Source: Antedon mediterranea
Lineage: Eukaryota > Animalia > Echinodermata
Direction of reading: 5' to 3'
Length of the DNA stretch: 64,000 nucleotides
Assembly (NCBI RefSeq): GCF_964355755.1
Contig: NC_092679.1
Span: 23,109,432-23,173,431 of the forward strand
The notes below the pieces were generated by a model. The model saw nothing but the letters and a program-made list of their open reading frames with translations. It did no database searches and had not been told where the DNA came from. Shown here in pieces: positions 41,674 through 54,915 of the stretch (position 1 is its first letter; each line of letters starts with the position of its first letter). The position numbers and the translations under genes are program-made.

Positions 41674-41920
41674 GTTTTATGCAAATAAGCTTAATCATGA
41701 TTTATGCAAATATCAGACTAGATATGTTTTTAATGTAAATAGGCTTATTTAATCTTGTGTTATGCAAATAAGCTATACACACATGTTTCATGCAAATTGG
41801 AAATAGGCTAAATACAACGCTTGCTCAAATTAAAGCTAAATATATGTTGTTGATGCAAATAAGCTTAATAATGTTTATGCAAATATATGCTATAATACAT
41901 GGTTTATGCAAATAAGCTTT
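41674..41920 (+). repeat. Degenerate ~25-30 bp tandem array built on the octamer ATGCAAAT
   Basis: Exact ATGCAAAT at 41679, 41704, 41762, 41790, 41853, 41877 and 41906, plus ATGTAAAT at 41733. Confidence 0.8.
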
Positions 41921-43554
41921 TCATGTTCAATTTAAGTAAATATTATTAGTTTAAACGTGAAAAAATGTACATGGTACGAAATTAGGGTTAGGTTGTGCTA
42001 TAATTATTAATAATCTATTCCAGACCATTAAACAATTTTAATTAGGTTGACATGATTATGTCATTCATTCATGTTACAAATGTGGATAGCAGAAATGTTA
42101 TCAATTAATATAATATGCCACAAGATTGATCAGATAAGGATATCTTAAAACCACCACACAAAGATAGCAATCAGATAATTAATAGGTTAGTAGGTTGGTT
42201 ACAAAATTGTTTTACTGGATTCAAAGAATTCAAAGTGAAAGGTATATTGGAAGATTAAAAGTGGGATGTCTCTTTATGCTCTTATGGTCAGTAACACTGT
42301 AATAAATACAAGAATGTGATTGGTCAAATGGCATCACATGATAACCCCAAAGTGCAGTGCGGACGGGTGGTTTTAGCTTAGCATAGATACAGATTCTACG
42401 TGGGACAAGCTATGTGGTTTTCTACTTACTGTTACTGCTCGTCTGTGTAAACTGGTCTTAACTATCCATTTTGAGATTTAAAAAAAAAATAATCTTTAAT
42501 ATCAAAGTCTTGTTCATGAAAGTGTATTTTGCAATTATTTAAGTTCGTTTCCATTTGTATTCTGTAAACAAATCACACTTTAGTACCAGAACACTGAATC
42601 TGACATCATCCAACCACATGCTATGAAAAATATGTCATTCACCCTAAACTAACAGACAAATTATCTCTAATGTTTCTTCCAGAAAGGCGATAATGACCTA
42701 GTATTGCATATAAATATGTAATTAATTTGTAAATTAAATTAAAATGGAATTAAATTAGCAAATAAAGTGAAAGAAGAAGCCATATAAGATAGTGTAAAGG
42801 AAATTAATATGGAAGGTTATTAAACCAAAAGGCGTTGACACTAATGAATCACTGAAGAGAATGATGGTGAAATAGAGCCAGATTCAGTTTAATGATGGAC
42901 ATTTTGGCTCAGATGAAAGAAGTTTACAAAGTTTCAATAGTCATGTGACAACTATTAAGAAGCTTTTGATTTGGTGAAATTATGCACTACATCATTCATC
43001 CAGCTCTGTAAAAATCGATTTCAATTTGTTTGCCACAATCAACGATAACTAATGCAATCTAATACTATGATACTAAGAGCAATAATATCGTGATGATACA
43101 ACGATTATATTATTTTAATCGATTATAACGTCATTTGATTGGATTTAAAAAAAATCATTCTTATCAATGACAACATAAATGGTTATCCTTTATTTCTAGA
43201 AAGAATTTTTTTAAAAATTTCTTTGTTTATTGTAAGAAAAGTGTATGTTTATCTAGTTATTGCCAATCGTCATCATCCTAGTGTGTAGCAGCATTAAGAC
43301 ATAGTTACCCATTGATGCTACCTATGTGTGATCAGTCAGTCAAACATCTACACTATTGGATGCAATCATTCATAAATTAAATTAAACGTTGCTAGAATTA
43401 GATTTTAATTGGTTTTTATTTTCTGAATGGAACCCCTGAAGATTAGAGAATTTCAGACTAAACAATTTGATTGATAAACGAATGTCATCGATGAATAAAG
43501 GAATAGTCTTTAAATATACATAGGATCAGAACATCTTTACGTACTGAATTAGGA

Positions 43555-43770
43555 AGGGTCTGAAGTATCAAGAGGCCTACCACTGAGTGGCTAGGAAAGC
43601 CTTGCAGTGCCTTGTAAAGTATGATTGCACAGTGAATTAAAAAGGCTCTGAAGCAGCAAAAGGCCTACCACTGAGATGGCTAGGAAAGCCTCTACAGGGC
43701 TTTCTAAAGTATCTTAGACTGTGTATTAATCTGTAGCATTGAGTATCCACTGAGCGTCTAGGAAAGCCTA
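43555..43770. repeat. Tandem repeat, ~80-90 bp unit, ~2.5 copies
   Basis: CCACTGAG..(G/T)CTAGGAAAGCCT three times; TCTGAAG..CAA.AGGCCTACCACTGAG twice. Confidence 0.8.
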
Positions 43771-44287
43771 CGTCCCTTCCAGCAATTTACAAAGAAAAGG
43801 AAGACCCTGTCTATTACTCACAGACTTGCATTGCAAAAATTGTCATATCACCCATGCCCCTATACAGTATTAAGTAGGTCTTGTTACCCCCTGCGTACCA
43901 CAATGACAGATCGAATACATTTTACAAGCTTAACGATGAATTCCGCAATGTAAAGTTGTCTATTACTAAAAATGTTTTTGATCGTGACTGTGATGACAAG
44001 TGAAAATGTCAATTCAATCAGTTGATTAGGTAACGATTAAGTAGTTTTTAAAACGACTTATAAAATGACAGTAGTTTAGAAAAGCTATATTTAAGTAGGC
44101 TAAATGGTTTATTTACTTTTACTGTACTTTTCAAGTGTGTTTACACTGTATGTGTAAAAAAAAATATTTAAATTGATATCATAATATCTCCTTATTTTCT
44201 ATTTTTCTTTATCTTATTTTAATAATAGTACATAAATTTACTTTTTTATGGTTTATATATTAGTATTCGGTAATTATTATTAGTATT

Positions 44288-44472
44288 CAGGTGACATGAC
44301 TCCTATTAAGGGGACACTTTTCCATGAAATGATCGAGATGAGGGGACACTTTTCCATGAAATGATCGAGATGAAAGTTATGTTTTTAACGCATCAGCAAA
44401 CCGTTATTTAGGGGACACTAAGGGGACACATTTTTAGATCCCGAAGGTGTCCTCTTAATAGGAGTTCTACTG
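44288..44472. mobile_element. Tc1/mariner-pogo-type MITE with an internal 32-bp duplication
   Basis: Inverted CTCCTATTAAGGGGACAC / GTGTCCTCTTAATAGGAG, right end ...TTCTACTG; AGGGGACACTTTTCCATGAAATGATCGAGATG twice. Confidence 0.6.
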
Positions 44473-45081
44473 AATACAACATTCTCCTTTCCAATTCACT
44501 ACTATTATAGTATGATTTTTTCAGGTTTTTCATTTTAATTCTCTTTCATTAAACACCAGCTACAGGGTTATCAGTTAAATTGTGCATTTTTATAGACCCC
44601 AATTGTAATTTTCTTTTCATTAAACCCTCCATGGGTTACCAGTTAAAATGGGCATTTTGCAGATCTCTAATTTCATTTGGTTTTATAAAAAAAAAATTGC
44701 CATGTTGACAACTTAATTCCTTCCTTTAGGCGCCAATTATAAGCATATCCCTTTACGATAAGACACAATTTACATCTGTAACCATAAAGTAAAATACCAT
44801 AAAGCCAGGACGGAGGTGAACCCAGGCAGTGAAAGTTCATTAGATGGACATAAATTTATTGAATTTTATATTCAAATTTTTTGTCAGAAATTTTTAGGGC
44901 AGTGTCCATTATTTTATAGTGAACAAACTTTTAAAAGTGCGGCAAAAAATAAACCTGTAAAACAGTCACACACCTGTATCGCCCACTAAAGTAAAATCAA
45001 CCACTAATGTAACATTAACCACTATAACAACAAACAACCACTGAATGTGTAACCACTAATGTAACATAAGTGGTTGATTTT

Positions 45082-45996
45082 GGGCCTGTTTCTGCTGAGC
45101 AGAAATAATCGATTATTAACCGTTTATTTTTTTAATCGATTATTTTTGGGCAACAGAAACAGCGCAAAATAAAATAACCAATTAAAAATAACCGATTAAA
45201 AACACTCAATCCATTGCGTGTTTTAATCGATTATTTCTTGTTTTAACCGATTATTGCGGAGCAGTTTTGAGCTGCAACACAAATAGCGATTATTGACCTC
45301 ACTTTGACCTCTAGAGTATGACAAACTTATTCACGTCACAAAGCATGCTGTTTATTTGCGCGATATCGACGACGATCAGCAAAACCATGATCGCGATGTA
45401 GACCGAATAACAATCAAATGTTAAACATTTGATTTTTATTATTTTGTGGGGAAGAATTATACCGAGAGACTCCAGGATGATCCCAGGATTCTGTGTTACA
45501 AGTACACCCGTTACATACCATCACCAGTCCAGGCTAACGATGTTTTACATGTCATTTTTTAGGCCTGTTGTCTGTTGACTTGTTTCGGTAGAAATATATA
45601 GCATATGCCTAGCAGGCCGAAGGTAGAACCAACGAACGGCGAAACGAACTTTTTTCGCCGACGTGTCCTTATTAATATAACATCATTATTCTGTTGTATG
45701 TGGTACGGTAGTAGGCCTAGATGTTTATTTTACAAATAATATAGCTTTATGTAAGAGTAATTTTTAATCCTACATGTGAGAGTTTTAGGCAGCGATAGGA
45801 TGTAAACAAACCAACTCTCATCGGCCTTTCATAACTTGAACTGCGCTGTGGGAGAATGATGACGTGATTTTAAAAACCGATTACCTGAATAACCGATTAA
45901 AGTCGTAGCAATTTTCAATTGCAACGCGACTATTTTTGTGGTTTGCGGTGACTGGAAAAAATCGATTATTTTCCTTTTTTCAGCAGAAACAGACCC
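45082..45996. mobile_element. Non-autonomous TIR element (PIF/Harbinger-like, 915 bp)
   Basis: TIRs GGGCCTGTTTCTGCTGA / TCAGCAGAAACAGACCC, TTT on both flanks, many subterminal AA(T/C)CGATTA motifs at both ends. Confidence 0.75.
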
Positions 45997-47334
45997 TTTG
46001 TTCCGGTTAATGTTGCATTACGGAAGGATTTGTATCTTTACAATAACGAAATATGTCACAAATATGTTTTCGTTTTTGTAGTGAAATCTGTTTCACACGG
46101 AAACGAATTAGGATGCAGTTCAAATATGAAGGCGGGAAATTCGAACCCACTGTAGGCTAGGCTAGGCTAGGCTGGTAGGCAGCGGGCCGAGATCTAGCAT
46201 GAAATAGAGCAAGAACTTTTAAAACTGCTTTTAATTTTGTCAAATTTGATAGAATTTGCAGCATTTTTCCTGCGGTACATGACTGCTGATATTTCAATGC
46301 GCTTTATGAATATGAAAAGGGGACCAAAAGTATGATATATCTGTTTTAACCATTAAGTTTGCGAAAGTTCTATTTTAGTGGTCGATTGTTACGTGCTGGT
46401 GGGACAACCCACTCCCCCAAATAAACAACTTTTACCTGTTATAAGCAGTACAGACCGACATGCTAAATGCAAGACATACTGTTTCCAAATAAAGGTTATT
46501 AAATTATAGCATCCCTTTCAAACAGTTAGTTTAAAGTATGATACATTTGATTATAATTCAATAATGTTTTATCATTGTTTAACTGTTACTCTTTGATTGA
46601 TATATGTGTCTGCGTTCAATAAATAAGTAAACCAATCTAAATTTAACATTTCCTCTTGCCCTGCGTTATGTGATGACACGTATATCCACGTGGAACTTTG
46701 CGTTTATTCAAGGTTATTCATAACAGCTGAAAATAACTATATTTGTTTTGTGTAAAAATATACCTATTTTGTACAGCAAATTAAATGGACAAACGTCATA
46801 GAAACATAAGCAACAACCAACATAAAAACTTTATTTATAGACTAATTTATAGTTTAAAGCTTATTAAATGGCTCCAGCTCAATGGCTTGAGCAGACAACA
46901 AAAAGGCTAATTAGTATCAATCCACAAAGACAGGGGTTGAGATGGACCATCACAACGGGGTAATCCTTAGTACTGTAATATGAAGGAACATCACAGCATC
47001 TACAATTCCTGATACTACCGTAATGCTAAACTCACCAGAGAGGGTATTATGACGGTTTCTCAAGTTGACCATGTACCAAACAAAAAAATGTATACATTTT
47101 CCCTTAAAATGAATTTCATTTTTAGTAAACTAACCTCTTAAATCTACAAATGAAAGATACAGAAAAAATGTATGACGTTTTCTAGACATCATTGAATTCC
47201 CTAGAAAATCACATAACTCTAGTACTTCACCTGACCCTGTCTTGATGATATCATATTTGTTTGTACATGTTAAAGTTATATTTTTTAAATTCCTTTGGGC
47301 TTATAGTACTGGTAACCTGTATAAACACCACATC

Positions 47335-47555
47335 AAATACATTTTTATATGAATCATACAAAATATTATATCACAGTAAAGAATACAACAGATGTTACAA
47401 CAACAACAACTTTAAAGTTGTCAAGGTCTACACTAAGATTAGAAATAAAAAGATACTTTATTTGTATCAAGAGTAGTTGAGGATTGGAACTCACTTCTGA
47501 AAAGTTTTTGTTTGCAAGCTCCTTCCATAGATTAAAATCTAGTTTAAACAACAAC
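47335..47555 (+). mobile_element. CR1 LINE ORF2 C-terminal relic
   Basis: LYESYKIL, FKVVK, then (frameshifted) RVVEDWNSL...ASSFHRLKSSL, matching the CR1 C-terminal pattern L.E.YKI...RVV..WN.LP...A.S...FK..L. Confidence 0.7.
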
Positions 47556-50302
47556 TGGTCTGATAAAAAAAAATTTAGCCCATATACAAATGAAGAGTTC
47601 TAAAGAATGAGCAGAAAGGACACATGAGCAAGGATAAGTTCTCAAAGATAAGTCCAAAAACAAATTTAACAAATTCTTCTATACAGTCACAAATTATATA
47701 AACATTGTTTAGTGCAATATTCTGTGTCAAGATTTATAGAAATCTATCTATCTATATTAAATATAAACATCAGTTTTGACACTTTTTAGAAACTCAGTAA
47801 AATCAGGAGGAGTATTGTACAAGAGTAAAAGTATAGTAGGAAGAATTCTATTGAAAAAGTTATCATAAGGGAAGATACAAAAAATAATTTTTGGAGAAAT
47901 TCTATAGAAAAGTTAACGTTAGCAAGATTTTAGAAAAACATCTACAGTTAAAATTAGAGGGATCTATAGTAGGAAAGGGTTTTAGCAGAACCTGTCAACA
48001 TACATGAGAAAGCACAAACAAACCCCCTACATTTGACAGTTAGAACACTAACAGACATACTCCTTTTTTCCCCCTTCCTCATAAAGGTCAAAGTGCAATA
48101 TAAGGTCGCATTACAGCTGAATAATTAAATAAAACGAGTCCCACAGGTAGCAGACAAATGTGAACAGTTGAAAGAATTGGTCATAATAACCTTACACATT
48201 ACACAAACTAATCAATTTGAATAAACACACGGTTGTTGTGAGTGGAGATAAGAAGCATGTCTGTCACAAACTATCAACATCATTTTTTTTTTATAAATGC
48301 AATATTACATAATGTGATTTAACACATTCGAATAAACTTAAGAGAAATAATAATTATGAATAATAAATACATCCCCGCTGTATTATTAAAACTTCTTTCC
48401 CAATGGAGACCCGCTTTGTTTGAACCAGACAAACAAAGAAACAAAAAAATATTTATTACATAGCGTGGGCTGTTTAAATTTTGTAGGAAAAAATGAAAGA
48501 TAAATACTTTAGCTCAGATATTTTTTGGAACTTGTGCAACTACCACCGACAATAGTGAGTTTTTAGAAATGTAGACAGAGGTGATGACAATTTAACAGAA
48601 TGAGACAGTTATAGAATATCTCCTCTGTCTACCTTCTTGTCAAAGATTTATTAGTTTACAAACTATGAGATGGGATAAAGATATCAGAAGAACAAATTTT
48701 ATGAAAATATTTGCAAACTCCACAAGAAGTATGTAAAAAAATTAATTCAGAATTATGAACATATTTTTGTTAAATTTTATAAAGCAAAAATATGTAAACG
48801 GACACTCAAAAGCATAATATAGAAGTTTGCCATTTTTCAGGGAAATCATGAAGAATTTTATAGAAAGTGGTCTGGACTAAGCAATTTGTTTTAATAATAT
48901 AACAAAACTGTTTTTTAAACTATTTAATGGATGTTGTGTGATGTACTGTAAGCATTTCAAATATAATGTATTAATAGAAAATATTTTTGAAATAAAGTCT
49001 CTGAAAAGGAAAAATGAACATATTTTTAGGGAAGTTCACGAAACATTGATCTGCATTGTGTTTGTAATATACTGAGTATAACACACTGCTGTGTATGTGT
49101 CAATGTAAGGGAAAACTTTCATAATCTCACTAGAAAGTGAAGATTTTACTAAACAAATGTTAGGTTAATAGTAAAAAAATGCTAAAACTTATAAATCTAA
49201 ATCTCACATTATTATGAAAGGTCTAAACAAAATGTCCTCCAATATGTCCACTGGTAATTTGACAGAAAAAAACCCAATCGTTAATTATCTTTACAAATTA
49301 AAATGGACAATGTAGAGCAAAAAAACATCCAGAATCATCGTTTCTAACAGAACAATGTCTATACACACCTGTCTAATGTGTGTGCCAAAATGAATGTTAA
49401 AAGAGCTATAACAACCAGGAATGACATCTGCAGCAAACCGTGCAGACAACATTTTAACTCGTTAGGGAATGACATACATTCGTAACCCTTGCCAAGAGTC
49501 AATCATAAACTAAATGTTTCATGAAGAAGGCTGGTTGTAGATAATGAATTGAAATCTTATGTTGCCGACTGCTGGCATCAATACCTAGACACACTGCTAC
49601 AGATATAGAAATTATAGATGAAGAATGAAGATTAGTAAAATCGGACTTTGAATAGGCCATTTTGCAATTTTAATCAAGTTATTCAGTTCAGTAAAAGAAA
49701 AAAGAAGATTATAAAACGAAATTGATTGGACTCATAAAGCGATAAAATATAATGTTATATTTAACTAAAATTTTAGTTGCTTTAAATTAGTTTTTTCATG
49801 TAAATATTTTTTTTTCTATCCAATTTTTGACAATATAAATATCGACATAAATACAAAAAACATTCAGGGGGACAAAAATATCTTTAAATGAAAGCAGTTA
49901 CTATTCCTAATCTGCTTTGATGCATTGGTTGTCAAATATATCCATGTTTGTGGGGATGGGGCAACAGGCTTACTTCAAAATGAATGACGATGACAGCTAA
50001 TTTAATTGCCAATACAATAACATTTTAGATAGCATATATTAAATGAAAATAAATTACAATTGTTAGAATTGAATTCACCACCACATATACAATAAAGGGC
50101 ACCATCAATAAAATATTTTAATTAGACCAAGCGTACCTCAACCTTTTCTCCCATTGCACACACTTTCTCGATTAGACTTGAACCAAGTTTTCTTTTATAT
50201 GAAATGCCATTTGTGCCAAAATACTAATATTAAGCCAAATCGTTGTATAGAACAAAAACTCTCTCTAAATGTTTTCTAAAGTTCAATTGTTATTTTATTT
50301 CA

Positions 50303-50620
50303 AATCAATCAATCAATTTTTAAAGCACCATTCCAACAATCATTGTTCATGGCACCGTCAAAAAGAATGATGTCGAGTTTCTAATGTGCAATGGCTAAGT
50401 GTTCCAGAGCTTATAGCTCCAACAGTATTGAAAGTCTGATCTCCCCAGCTATATTCTCTCTATGGACAAACCATTTAAACAATTACTTATTTAATTCCAG
50501 GATACATACTGACACAAGGGGAAGAGAAATTTTCAAAATATGTCTGAATGTAACATTCTAGAATAAGATGTTTTGATTTAAGAAACCATGTATAATTAAT
50601 AAGACCATTCAGGAACATTC
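50303..50620 (-). mobile_element. L2 LINE 3' end relic
   Basis: Minus strand GDQTF...KLWNT.PLHIR (L2 pattern GDRAF...LWN.LP..IR), then GGTGCCATGAACAA...TGGAATGGTGCTTTAAAAA and an (ATTG)n tail. Confidence 0.65.
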
Positions 50621-51533
50621 CAGTATGCTATTAATAGAAACTGTAATCATGTAATAATGAGAAGTATAAAGAATGATCTAGAACAATAGGAACATATTGT
50701 ATATAAGGGGAAGTATGACAATTGTAAGAGGGAGAAGGATTTTTGATTGAAGCATTTATTTTGAAGAAGGTTGTTGGATTAGAGGTTGAATGTTATATTG
50801 CAAAGTTATTGTGAAGCTGTTGTTTAAAGTGCTTACTGGATTGTTAAAAGTTGAAGTTGATTGAAATTAAAGCTTTGTTTTTGAGTTATTTTACAACTTT
50901 GTGGATTTTGTGTGTATACTTTTATGTCACAAGGGAGTTCCTAAAGTATTTTCAACCGCTCGGAAACATACGTGAGAGGAGTTCGTGACACTGAAACATA
51001 AAAAATAATAAGTGTAAATTGATTTTGCTTCAGGTATCTTGGTCATCATCAATACCAGAAGCAGTACAGTAGGTGGGGAAACTTGGCTGAGATGTTAAAT
51101 CCCCCGATAATATTAACTAGAATGACAGACATATTACATGATTTTTATCATCTTTAAATGAGAATTCAAGAACGGTTTAATAAATCCAATATATTTGTTT
51201 GTCTCAGTAGACTTTTACTTGGCAACATTTAAAAACCATGTATAAAAGAAAACTTAACAACATTTTTGAAAAATAGTCATTTTAAAATTGTATGGCCTTG
51301 ATGAAAAACACCTCTGCATGATTCAATAATGGAGGAAAAATAATATTTTAAAAAAAAAAGGGTTTTTACTGTTATTATTATTCTTAAAGATAAAATATTT
51401 TTGAAATAGATGTAATGTAATCCCTGATTGGCATTAAATTACTTTACATCATAATTAACAAAATTCATATACATGTGAAAGACCGCATGGGTGTTATTCA
51501 AGGATATTTTTTAATGTGAAATGTAACATTATA

Positions 51534-51650
51534 TAATACGGCTTTACCACGTTGAAACACCGGTTCTCGTCAGATCACCGAAGTTAAGCGACGTTGGGCC
51601 TAGTTAGAGCTTGGATGGGAGACCATCTGGGAATAACGGGTGCTGTATAC
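51534..51650 (+). pseudogene. 5S rRNA-derived sequence (SINE head / 5S pseudogene)
   Basis: TACGGCTTTACCACGTTGAAACACCGGTTCTCGTCAGATCACCGAAGTTAAGCGACGTTGGGCCTAGTTAGAGCTTGGATGGGAGACCATCTGGGAATAACGGGTGCTGTA is colinear with metazoan 5S rRNA but carries several substitutions and no T-run terminator. Confidence 0.9.
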
Positions 51651-51892
51651 GGAGCTGGGGTCCCGTTAGGCATTTGAAATCAGCACTGCTGATTCTTATG
51701 GCAGCCCCTGCATCTAGTATCTGCCTCAGACCTCTGGTCAAGGTGGGCACTGGACGAGAGAAGCCCTCGATCAATGTTAGGACCAATCAATGTGCTTTAA
51801 ACAGTCCTGGCTTTGTTTGTATCAAACCTGTTAGTGGCGGTAATTATCGCTGTTGGTTTCGATTAAATATAATAAAAATAAAAATAAAAATA
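51534..51892 (+). mobile_element. Candidate 5S-derived SINE (SINE3-type), ~360 bp
   Basis: 5S head + ~220 bp GC-richer body + (TAAAAA)n tail at 51870-51892; no clear TSD. Confidence 0.65.
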
Positions 51893-52097
51893 CCCAATGC
51901 TCCCTTGATATGAAAAATATAACACAAAAACACTAAGAATTGATTAAACAGTGAAAATTGTATCAAAATGCTTTGTAAATTGTAGATCATCCGCAGTCAA
52001 TAAATTCTACTACAAATATAACATTTTAAAGTTCAAATACATTTTTTTGATAAATATCAGGTTTTTCTTCAAGTGGTTTCACATCATGATAGCAGAA

Positions 52098-52170
52098 AAA
52101 CACTGAGGGGTTCCCCTTCACTGGAGTAGTCAAACACTAAGGGGTTCCCCTTCACTAGAGTAGTCAAACA
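52098..52170. repeat. 34-bp tandem duplication
   Basis: AAACACT(G/A)AGGGGTTCCCCTTCACT(G/A)GAGTAGTC twice. Confidence 0.9.
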
Positions 52171-54915
52171 TAATCCACCAATGTCAGTTTGACAATTACG
52201 TCCTCAATTCAACTTAAAAACCATTAAAAAATTACATTCTCCGCTGGAATCAGGAATTTGTTTTAGAGATAAACTAATTTTAAAATTATTTAAATTACAA
52301 GCAGATGAAAAATCATGTCATTCAATTTCCTAAAAGGAAAACATGTATTATAAAAAAAATAGCAAAATTGTGAGCATAAAAATTATTTTTTTATAAAATT
52401 TAAAATTAGCTTCATGTCTTTACCAATATCCTATATAAGACGATCAAAATATATTAAAATATTTCAACAAAGGGGTAGTCAATGAACATAAGAATGTATC
52501 TATAAAATGTATAATTTGTACTAAAAACCAATTTTTAGACTACACATATCAGCCTTTTTTACTGTACTGTATATGGAAAATATTGATAAAAATTAACTAT
52601 TTTAATCAAGCAAATTAAACACTGGTAAAATCGGTGGTCTTTCAACATATCAAAAAATATCTGGCTGCTTGCCAAACGTCAATGCTCCACCTTTTTTTTA
52701 TATCAATTACAACATCTTAAATTGACACTTTACAATTTTAGGTTTTTATTCAAGTTCCGTTGAAAATTTAACAAGAATCTTAATCTTAGTTTTATCCTAA
52801 TCACCTTTAGCAGAGTTGATGGGCGAGGTTAAACATGACAATAAATTCCTAGGACAGTTGAAGTTTTGGTCAAAAATGGGAAATCAATCTATTCCTCTTG
52901 GGAGATACTTATATAATCAATCTAAATGACGAGGCAGAAATATGACATTTAAAAGTCCATCAGATAAAACTTTAAAAAAAAAATTGGAATAATCTAGAGA
53001 TTTGGTATGAGCTACTTTAGAATAAAAGTTGTTAAATGCTACGAAGTTAAAGAAATTAAATGCAAAAGTGTCAATTAACTATCCAACCATGAAAGTGAGT
53101 TTGCATGTGAATTGTTGCGATAACAGTTCCACATCAAACAGAACTATTTGTGTTTTTTATCTGACAAAACCTTCATTCCTATCACTCAATATTCTTTCTT
53201 AACCTGCCATTGTTTCTTTTGTCTAATAAATTTAAATCATTCAAGAAAATAAAGAATAACAAAAAGACGTGGAGTAAGCATGGAATCAAATGAATTCCGT
53301 AACTGGTTGCTAAAATTTAGATTTAAATAGTGGTTTCTTTCTCAGAAATGATAATTGTTATTCTACCTGTACCAAGATTCAAGACATTTTTATTGGTCCA
53401 GTTAAAACAGTAATAGTAATTTTAGTGGGGTCTTTCATATTTCCAACTTTTCTTAAGTTACATTTCTCATAACTCTGCTTTAAATGGGAAAGTAAAACTC
53501 TTATTCTGCACATTATTTTTTATTATTACATTATATGTAACAAATTAATACTAAACTAATAGTAATAATTAGTTCAAGGTTTATACTCCCTATTATTATC
53601 CAGTTTATTATTATCTAACATTATACAGTAGAAAAAGGCCCCTTCACAAACATTGTACTTCACATTTTTAAATAATTTAATTTATTATATTGCTTTTCAA
53701 CAATATCACAAAACACACTTGTTTCTTATTGTAGACAATAATCATGTTCTTTGCTTATCATTCTATTTAACATTTCCAGAAAGTGTATCTCAGACATTCC
53801 TGCTGCTGAAGCATAAACAGTTGTATAAACATGTGTGTTTTTATCTATTATCCATATTAATATTTGCTAGACAGAAATATGCAAGATTATAATTGAGTAA
53901 TAACTATGATCAAATATGATGATCTGTATTTGATCAAAATGCTTTAATATTTCAGATTCAGAGATTAAATTGCGATAATGCCAATTTTTCGGCACTTGAG
54001 CTTAATATAATGCATTTAAATATAATAAATTTTAAATTGAATTATTAAATATTATTTTGTGTGAATTAAAAGTGTCATACACACATCACAGATCATAGAT
54101 TGCAGCCATGACATTAAAACAAGCAGAATACTGTATATAACATTTTAAAATCCTTTTTTGGAAGTATGGAAAACAATCATAATTTAAAGTTTTTCTGAAG
54201 CAAAATTCTCTGTTTTGTAATATATTATTTAAAAAATATTAGCTGATTATTACCTCTCTGCGACCTGAATGTGCGTCAAGGAAAGATGGCTGTGAATTGC
54301 TAAATGCACGTTTGGTCGTTTAAAAATAATGAAAAACATATCCTATGGAAAATCAGTCTTAAAAACTTTGGAGAAGTGAGAAAGTACCCCAGTGTGAACA
54401 GCATAATGATTTAGGAGTACAGTAAAAAGCTATTATAATAAAGGTATCTTTTCTAAACTCCCAATAAAATTACGTTCTAATTGATACATTCTTTCCCAAT
54501 TTCAAGTTAATTTTACTTACATTGTAGATATTTGGTTTAATTAAATTAACGATAACTAAATAAATGTGTTCACATTCAAACCATACACCCCAAAGCCCTG
54601 ACCCTATACCAATACAATGATACATTGAACTGAAATCAAAGAAAGTATATTTACAAGATTTTAGAAGCTGAGTACAATTCGGATGCCAAAAAGCTAAATC
54701 GCCTCAATTTAGAAATGTAGACATGTTGTCGTAGCATCAATAGATGTTGAATCCAATAGCAGCGGTATTTCTGCGAATTATGTCCTTAGATTATCATTGA
54801 TTGGTATTACGTGCAGATTATTAACTCTCGCATACAATAAAATTTAATATTATGCATTTATAAAGCCAAGAATACATCTACGATGGTTGAAAATGTTCAT
54901 CTGGTTTGTAGATAT

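Noticed and set aside
51534-51650. Functional 5S rRNA gene
   Set aside because: Single copy, altered termini, several substitutions and an apparent deletion versus typical 5S, and no oligo-T Pol III terminator
51604-51913. ORFs 51611-51913 and 51604-51786
   Set aside because: They overlap the 5S-derived SINE and are chance ORFs in GC-richer repeat sequence
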